From: Octopus vulgaris
Lineage: Eukaryota
Reading direction: 5' to 3'
DNA length: 64,000 nucleotides
Assembly: GCA_951406725.2 (NCBI GenBank)
Contig: OX597831.1
Coordinates: 50,406,001-50,470,000 of the forward strand
Position numbers and translations under genes: made by a program. The number at the start of each line of letters is the position of its first letter. The first letter of the stretch is position 1. The notes under the pieces were generated by a model. The model ran no database searches. It saw nothing but the letters and a program-made list of their open reading frames with translations, and was not told where the DNA came from. This document shows positions 55,048-64,000 of the stretch, piece by piece.

Positions 55048-56518
55048 CGGTGGTATCAAAAAATTCCAGGACTAGTTATCTATATATATAAAACTGTAGT
55101 TGTGTGAGTGTCTGTCCCCTTCGATTTAGATTCCTAACTACTCCCACATGTTGCGGTGCAGTTTAACCAAATTCGGGTATCTTATAGTCGTGATTCATAT
55201 CGAACCCGTCTGAGTATTAGCGCGCGTCTACGATGAGTCTACGATTTTAAAAATAATTTAACATCATTTTTTATTCCATTTTAATGCATAATTTTTCGTG
55301 TGTCGATGGCGGCGGAGTTGGCGTCCATGGTCACACCTGCACCTGTTTGCTTCTCCCCTTCTTCCTTCCCTCGTGAAGCTGTGGGGAAGGAAGTGTAAGG
55401 AAATCAACGTCGTAAAGCGTTGTCAAGGAAACCAGCGTTCTTTTAGAACAACGACTTCATGGCTTGAAGACACCAAAACAGAAATGGCTAAGAAAGCCCG
55501 AATTGGCATCTATAAGGGAAGTAACTCTCTAAAAATGCTTATATAGTTATTTCCCTTACAAACCCGAGCAACGCCGGGCAATACTGCTAGTGATTAATAA
55601 AAATAATATATTTACCTAAGTTTCAACATTATCTCCTTTGAAATAGTTACCTTGTGCAGCATTACACTGGTTTCAGCGTTCCTGCCACTTTTGAAATCCG
55701 GCCAGGAAGTCACTTTCCGTAAGTGAATCGAGGACCTTCTGCGATTCACTTTAGATCTCGACAATGTTTTTAAACGGCGACCTTTGAGTAGCATTTTCAT
55801 GCTGGGGAAGTAAGGGAAGTCTGCAGGTGCTAAATCTGGTGAATAGGGTGGATGCGGAGTGATACCATGTTGATTTTAGTGAGGAAATCACGAGAGAGGA
55901 GAGCTCGGTGACAGGCTGAATTGTCATCGTGAAGAATCGTATTCTTCACGCTCCACAGATCTGGTCTCTTTAGGCGAATGTCCTCCCTCAGACGTTTCAA
56001 AATGTCACAGTAGTACTCTTGTTTGACAGTCAGACCCTGAGTACGAATTCTAGATGCACAATACTACATTTTGCGGGGTGACGTTCGTGGCAGGTCTTCC
56101 AGATCGCTCATCGACTTCGGAGACGTCCTTCCCCTTTGAAGCGCCCATACCACTCGAAACTTTGCGTACGACCCATTGCCTCGTCTTAGAAAGCTTGCCA
56201 AAGCATGCTCAATATCTCTGTAACAGATTGACCAAATTTAACACAAATTTTCCCGTAGGGTCTTTATTTCTGTCCCTGACAAAATCGTAGACTACAGTAT
56301 ACACGTGATCACGAAAACACGAATTTCATAAGTTGCGAAGTAAACGCAGCGATGTACTTGTAAACACAGCTATATGCTCGAAGTAAACATAGCTGTGTAC
56401 TCGTAGCTCGGCACACTGCCGCATGAAGGTCACTACTAGCTCTCACATCGCACGCAACCGTGCGCAGCCATCTGTGAGCTCGGTACCGAACCAGTCCTGG
56501 TACTTTTTGATACCACCG
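55048..56518 (-). mobile_element. Decayed mariner-family DNA transposon with TIRs
   Basis: TIRs cggtggtatcaaaaaattccaggactagtt / aaccagtcctggtactttttgataccaccg with TA on the left. Minus-strand remnants include SGRPAT, ILHDDNSACH and HPPYSPDLAPADF. Confidence 0.85.
55079..55590 (+). mobile_element. Non-autonomous Helitron nested inside the mariner
   Basis: 5' TCTATATATATAAAA; 3' hairpin cccgagcaacgccggg (55563-55578) then CTAG; inserted between A (55078) and T (55591) with no TSD. Confidence 0.85.
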
Positions 56519-57309
56519 CAGATGGAGAAATGGAAAACTGTATGAAAAAGTGACGAAAGGCCCAGCTGTTAATGTATCAACGAACAAAGCTAGTATAGAA
56601 CTATTGGTCTAAAGATCATAAAGTAAGGATTATTTTGAGATCAAATCACACTCAATCAATTATTCACGTGCAAACAGAAATTTTTATCCAAGAACTGTTA
56701 AAATGACACAAACACTCCGTATATTTACGCTGAAACTACCGATTATGAATTCCGTTGGTATTATCGTTTTCAGAATCTTATGAATATATTAATGAAGCAC
56801 GAGCTATACACAGCAAGAATTCCTTAACAAATCCTCAAGAGACTTAGCAGTCAAGGACCCTGAACAAAGGCTAATCAACATAGAGTTTCGTATTATGTAC
56901 TGGTTGGTTGATATCCAGTGCATGAGTTTTATGATCCAGTCTCCCTACCATACCTTATCAATTAAATATCCTGCGAGTGTCACTTCAACAACTCCTCAGC
57001 AGCTACTTCAGAACTGCGAGAGCTAGTGACATGACCAGGCATTCAATTTGGTTGTGGAAGTGAAATCAATGACCATGGGATTTGAGAAATACCATCCCAG
57101 GAAGTGGGGTGGGCAACACTTTTCTCAACTAGCAAAGAAAGACTGTGACTATTTCCAGAATAAAACAAAGCAGCAGCTGAGAGTGTATTTCGTAGAACCA
57201 TTAATATTCCAAGAGTTCAATTCAGAGATACGATACGCCGACCGCGCCGTTATTTTCTCAAATTCTGGAAACAAACTGTGGTTATAGGAGACATATGCAA
57301 TCGGCGCAT

Positions 57310-58430
57310 AAGGGAAAATTTGACTTCAGAAATTTAAAGTAAAGCGCAGTTATGGGTTTAACTTGAAAGCAGAAAGGTGAAGCAACCTCGCCTGCTTTCT
57401 GCCCTTGGAGAGCTTAGAACGCGGTGGTATGGCCGGTTGGGTCTACACGGGGAGGCTTGAGGTTATTAAATCTTCGAGGTGACCGGAGGGGCAGGCGAGT
57501 ATTGTATTGGGGAGTTTAGTTGTAGTTTGATGGAGCGTGGATGAGTGGAAGTAGATATGTAGGGGCCAGCATCTGTACTAAAAACAGAAGGGCAAAGTGA
57601 GCTTCAAGTTTAGTATTGGGGATATTGGAATTCTAGCGGAAACCACTAATCTTAAAAGCTTAATTATAATATGGGGTGTGATTACTAAAGATGTCTTCAT
57701 TTGCTGATAAATTAGAAATTCTAATAAAGGCACTGGTGACGATGCTATTGCATGTAAGTAAAGTGTGATTGGATAGGATGTTGATATATTGTAGCAATTA
57801 TCTAGGTTTATGGAAAGGGTAATATAGATTTGCATCCAAGTCAAGAGTAACAGCTAAGAAGTTAGCTACTTTGGTGTTATTTTCAAAGGAAATAGTATGG
57901 TTATAATTTTTAAAGAATCTATAGAGCTTTCCGGGTGTGTTCAACGGACGGGCGAGACAAACAAGTGGCAGTAAGGAGTGCTTCATCCCTACATAGACCT
58001 CCGGGAATATTGGGGAAGGGTGATTTAGTCTGGGTAAGAAGGAAGAAATTGACCAATTGCGTAAGTCGGATCGGCTCATTGTTATAACAAATAAATCCAC
58101 AGATGAGTTTCGGGATTAGAAATTATTATTAAAATATAGATTTTCCTAAGTGCCAAAATAATATTGATGTTAGATCGTGAGAGAGGTACTTATTTTCTTG
58201 CAAACATTAGGCCTTAATTAAAAGACTAGGTGGTAAGGTGGCATAGTAGTTGAAAATGTGAAACTGAAGGAAATGGGTGCGAGATATATCAGAAAGGAGT
58301 ATGAATGCATTGACACGTTCCACATCTCTTATCATTACACTTGGAAATTGTGAATGTGTGAACCATTTTGTTCATATTGAATCTTGCCATTGTAAATATT
58401 TTCTTTAGGTTATGTGGTTGCTTTTGGCTT
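57310..58430 (-). pseudogene. Naiad-type PLE reverse transcriptase relic
   Basis: Minus strand: FLQFHIFNYYATL, LFVITMSRSD, KLYRFFKNYNHTISFENNTKVANFLAVTLDLDANLYYPFHKP, YINILSNH, PFCFQVK..FLKSNFP; many frameshifts. Confidence 0.75.
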
Positions 58431-58519
58431 AAGATAAGTACTTCATTAGTTGTTTTATATACAAACATTCCACTTTATTCGACTTATATATAATTCTGTG
58501 CACATTCACACAAATTCGA

Positions 58520-58561
<42 letters not shown>

Positions 58562-58799
58562 GTTATACATATACAGATAGATACATACATGTGTGTATAT
58601 ATATATGCATACACATCCACACTCGAACACACACATATAAATATGCCTATATACACAAGCATGTATACACATATGCACGTACATAGCTATAAACATAAAT
58701 GCACATATCTTCGAATACACGCACATCGGTATGTACATAAGGCATACAATCATACACGCATAACTCATCATAACATTTAACTCGATAGTATTTATTTAC

Positions 58800-60330
58800 A
58801 TTCAAGTGTGGTTAAATTAATGCTTCTATTAAATACATTCACCTAAAATGATAAGTGTATGTATTTATGTACCATATAATCAACATGGTGAATATATATT
58901 GTTTGTTTACATTCTGGATAGATAGAAATCTTGTGCATTTCGTAGTTTATAGAGTATTTCGTGATATTATCAATATATGGGAATTTAGTTCTTCTATACT
59001 ATTCAATTAATAAATATTGTTAATTACAGCTATAAAATAATATTAACGTAATATAATAGGCCAATACTTTATTTGAGATATAACTATACATTAGTTGATT
59101 GAGTTATCTTTCTTACATAATTTGTTTTTAATTTACAGTTAATCTTAACTTTACAATTACAATTTTCATTTAAATTCTTATGTATGTCATTTGAAGTATT
59201 ATTAGGAAGAGATTTAATATGGGTTATTTCTCTTCTATCATTATGGTATTTGTGGCCGATAACATTTGTATTTAGGTTTGTGGGGGTTAAGTTGGTTTTG
59301 AGGTGAATTATTGTAATGAATATTTCTGTTTCTCTAAAAAAATATCAAATTTATTATTGTTAATAAATGATAAATTCGTAAACATATTACGGGTTAAACT
59401 AAAACAAACTTTGAAATGTTTATAATTGATAATTTCACTATATTATCATTGTTAAAATGCTTATAAATAGATTTGTATATAGATTTTATTAAATTATTTT
59501 CAATTATGCATAGCATATGGAATGATGAACGAAATCTTATAAGATTCTTCAGAATTATTATTAGAGAGTTTAGGATCCATTTTTGATTTAGTAAAATTCA
59601 TGAAAACCGTATATATTATATTTTTTCTATTAGGAGTATTAAGTAGATGACCAACGGTATGAGTATTCAAGGGAGTTATCACTTTATTATTATCATGATT
59701 TATTATTTACATGTTGGTCACTATAAGCATAATTATAATTATTTATCAGTTGCTTATTATTTTATTGATATTATATCTATAAGATAATTTAATATTAGTT
59801 TTCTCTACATTGGTTTCTATCTCGATATTGATGCTTATATATTTAGTTTATTTTTCTTACCACTTAACAGTTTATTATCAAATGATTCATTAATTCTACG
59901 TTTGTTTTTCATTATAGGTTTAATTTTTATTGAATTAGCAGTCTTTTCAGTTTTAGTTTCTGTTGTATAATTAATTCTATCATTTGTAATTTTATCATTA
60001 GGTGAATGTTATTTTATCTTGTCTCTATACACGACTTTAATAGAGCCATGTTGTAATAATCTGCTTGTTTCATAAATATTTTTTTCATCATATCAGATTT
60101 GATATTCTTTTCTCTAAGTTGAAGATTAACGTGTTTTAATTGATCTTCGATAATTACTTAAGAAATTAATATATCTTAAATTGGTATTTAATTTGAGAAA
60201 AGATTCGTGTTTACCAGTTATAAGGTTGAAATTAACTGAGTATTTATCCTTTTCGATAGAGATGGATAGTCCGTATCTTCTGAAAAATTTATAGCGTTTT
60301 TTCTTAAATAATTTCTAATACATGACAGAC
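58800..60330 (-). pseudogene. AT-rich, heavily decayed Naiad-type PLE (RT thumb, linker, endonuclease start)
   Basis: Minus strand: KKRYKFFRRYGLSISIEKDKYSVNF...LRYINFLSNY; KISFIIPY; ENCNCKVKINCKL. Confidence 0.6.
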
Positions 60331-60565
60331 TAAACTTATATAACAAGAAGTTGTTGGAATAATTGAGGATAGCCATGTTTAATTCATGGAAAGAAAATTA
60401 CCATACAGATAAGGTAGCATTTCTTTTTACCAACCTTTCTTTTTCCTACTTTTAGTTCACTTGTCTGTTCACTATTTACTAAAGTAACAGTATTTCAATA
60501 ACTTCTAGTTATATAATTTTAGTTTGTCATGTACGATGTAAATAGCAAAATAAGTCCATATAAGA

Positions 60566-60670
60566 TAGACCTGAAGATTGGCAATATAATCGTTTTAATA
60601 TGGTATTGTATAGAGACGTTCTATTTCAGCAATATTGAGGAATATGTTGTCATGAAACGCGCGTAGTCTA
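60566..60670 (+). ncRNA. Type I hammerhead ribozyme, intact core, extended stem II
   Basis: tagac-CTGAAGA-t-tggcaatata...tatgttgtca-t-GAAAC-gcgc-GTA-gtcta. Stem I is a perfect 5 bp; stem II is ~10 bp; loop III is palindromic GCGC. Confidence 0.85.
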
Positions 60671-62737
60671 GAAAATGTAAAGTATATGATTTTTAATAAG
60701 AATGGAAGGTGTTAATTTTGATAATTTGGAATAACAATTGTAGGTATTAACTTTGATAATCTTAATATTTAGTCCTATGTAGATATAGTGGATAATGTCA
60801 TTCAATGATGATTGAGTTGCTTGAGGGTGAGTCTGTCTCTTAAATTTATCTATTTATATGTATGTAATACAGTGTGTAATTCATTTTAATACTACTAATT
60901 TGAACTTCTCTCTCCTGTGTACTCCGAAATAACTTTATATTAACATATTAACATATATATATATATATATTGAAGGAGGGAGGTGGAAATAACTAGATAG
61001 ATAGGCAGATAGATAGATAGATACATACATACATACATACATACACACGGGCAGGTAGTTGGGAGGTAAATATGTAGGTAGGTAAGGATATATTTTTAAA
61101 GCTAGTAATTGAATTGACAAAATGTCTACTAGACACGATGACAATTTATTCTTAAGATAGAAAATTGTATTCATAGTTTGCTTGTACTTTTAAGGGAAAT
61201 TTACAAGGCAATTCTCGTAGTGCATAGCTTGTGCTACATTACACTAATGCAAAATTTTCATGCCATTGGTTTTCAAAATCTATATGGAATTCGTAAACGC
61301 TTGTTTGGTCGAGAACTCTTTTAAGATTTGTGACATTTTTATCAGTTCCGGTGTGAAATTTCTTTTATAACCTGATGAATTAAATACGTGATCATTGTTC
61401 CCAAAATAATCTTTTGAGTCTTTTCTTTGAAACGATTCTGCTGTTAACTTTTTTCTTTTCTTATCTTAAGGATCTACTAGACTTTTTACATACAATGAGT
61501 TCTACTGATTGATTTTTTAAATCGTACTCGCGTTATATCTTTATACGATTTTTTTCAAAGTTCGTTTTTACACATACCCTCCCCCCCCCGCATACATACA
61601 TGTATACGTATTGGAGAGTACGTGTGGGTAATTCGAGTGTGTGTATGTGTGTGATATACAGATTCATTTATTCATAGTCCCCCATTTAATATATATATAT
61701 GTGCATTTGTGTGTGTGTGTATACGTATGTATGTTTCTATGTAGCTATGTATATATGTAAGATAATATATATATGTATATATACACATATATATATATAT
61801 ATGTATATATACTTATATATATATATATATATATATGTATAGATACGTATATGTATGTACATATGTGCCTATGTATGTATGTATGTATGTATCTATCTAT
61901 CTATCTATATATCTATCTATATATATATATATATACACGTTGATATATATGATTTTGAAAAGGTTGAATACGAATTCGTCCTTGAATTAGAGTGGTTCCC
62001 AAAATATTTCTAACGTTGTTTCTTTATACTTTAATTTGAACTTACTGGTGTAAATTAGCACAGATATGAAAAGTTATATAGGCATATTAAATGCATGATT
62101 AAACTTATTGGCATTCCTTCGATATAACTCGACAAAATCAAAGCATTTCACTTCGTGTATTTCCGTGGAAGCAATTGACAGTTCGATTCTGTTTTCTGCT
62201 TGGAAATTTGCTGATTTTACATAGACACATGAAGCAGATAAGAACAAATATGCAAGGCTTTTTTTTCTTCAAGTTTAAAATGAGACATTGCTGCCATAAT
62301 TTCTTTATATCTACTCCGCAATCCACGGAAATACTCATAGTGAAATGTTTTGATTTTGTCGAGTTATATCGATGGAATGCCAACTTATTAAACAAAGTTT
62401 AACAATTTCAGTCATATTTTACATAAAGAGAGGAGATTAGATGTTTTAAATAGACATGAATCCAAGTAAAATAACACATTACAAAAATTAGTAAGAACAC
62501 CGTAACTATATTATCCTAACGTCTTTTTATTCTTTTTCTTATACTTGGCCACTGACGAGTGTTTTTTGACAACTCGGTTTCTTAAAGTGAATTTATTGTC
62601 TTTCTGTATGGAACCATTGTGTAGCTTCATGAATAAAAAAATTTATCATCTCTATTATTATCTAATCTCCTCCATTTATGTAAAATATGATTGAATTTGT
62701 TGAACTTTATTTAATAATTTAAATCATATATTCAATG

Positions 62738-62776
<39 letters not shown>

Positions 62777-62864
62777 AGAGAAAAAGAGAGAGAGAGAGAG
62801 AGAGAGCGTGTGTGTAAGAGAGAGAGGGAATATATATAGACACATACACACACGCATATATATC

Positions 62865-62941
<77 letters not shown>

Positions 62942-64000
62942 ATATGTAGACGACAAAAGCAACCACCTGTATTAAGAAAGATGTAGTCAGTACATATATA
63001 TATATGTATATATGATGCGTGTCTCCTTGTGTCCATGTAGTTATACGTGAACCTGTATGTGCGTGTGTGCGTGTTCGTGTATATTTCGACATATAATTAT
63101 ATGTATCTTTGTATGTTTGTGCCCACATTAAAAGAGAAGGAATTTAGAGCCTGAAAGGTGAATTTTCAGTTAATGCATATAATGGGGGGAAGTTTTGAAT
63201 GCTGGATAAAAATTACTAGATCGTTGGAAAATAATCGCCGCCTACAGCAGAACTCCCTTCAGCTTGCTATAGAGAAATTGTCATTAATATACGCCTTTAT
63301 TAGAAATCATAAAGCGTGGAATGTTTTTATAGAAGATAATGTTTTCTAGATATATCACGTATTTCCCAAAAGAATCTTTGACATTAACACTAGTATGAAT
63401 AAAACTAGCATGAATAAACACACTAGACTGGTTCTCTTTTACTGTTAGCTGGAACTACTACATTTATAACAGAAATGATTCGGTAAATATGAGATTAGAA
63501 ATAAACACAGAAATGGTGCATTTTTTGTGGTCGTTGTTGATTTTTTGCCCCAGGTCGACTCTAATCCATCAGACCTACGAATGAAATCTTTCCAGTTCGC
63601 TTTTTCAGACGAACTTGGGCATAAATAGTGAAATGTACTTTTACTTCTTTAGTATAGAAAGGTGATATGTTAAGGGTTTTTGACCGTGATCTCTAGTAGT
63701 TTAGTGGACCGTGCAGAGAATCTCTCATCAGTTCAGTGTATGTTGCTGAGCTATGATAGTAATGAGAACTAAATTTTCAAACATAAGAAACTAGATGTTG
63801 TAGAATATATACACAACTGCTTCGGAGACCCTGTGAAGACTGAGAAAACGTCTAGTCATGACGTCTAGTCATGGCGAAAATGGTTTATAGTTTTTATTCA
63901 TTTTTTGTTACATTTTGATGTTATTTTCTTGTCAAAATACTTGCAAGATATTCACGATATGTTCGAGAACAAAATCAAACAAAAGCAGCGCAGAATCATA

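Noticed and set aside
61366-61445. CTGATGA followed by a distant GAAAC
   Set aside because: No stem II or stem I pairing and no properly placed cleavage triplet.
62545-62630. CTGACGA in a PLE-tail-like context
   Set aside because: No convincing GAAA box or stem I partner; at best a heavily decayed copy.

Overview
AT-rich, microsatellite-saturated, non-genic eukaryotic DNA. The SINE families and the (TA)n/(TACA)n/(ATT)n content suggest an octopus or other cephalopod genome (inference). Almost all ORFs in the supplied track are microsatellite artefacts. The one near-intact coding element is a Penelope-like retroelement (PLE, Neptune-type RT + GIY-YIG) at ~49.1-53.65 kb. The rest is decayed transposons: at least four Naiad-type PLE relics; RTE, CR1-like, R4/Dong-like and L1/Tx1-like LINE fragments; CORE-type and Deu/Nin-type tRNA-SINEs; mariner, Tc1, Tigger and hAT relics; and a Helitron nested in a mariner. 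The most notable hidden layer is ~16 type I hammerhead-ribozyme motifs (six with an intact core) from many unrelated sequence families. Most have a self-complementary loop III and many sit ~100-300 nt from a (TA)n tract. Several are embedded in 300-800 bp ORF-less palindromes inserted into TA microsatellites. All alignments and folds were done by eye; no host gene could be identified with confidence.
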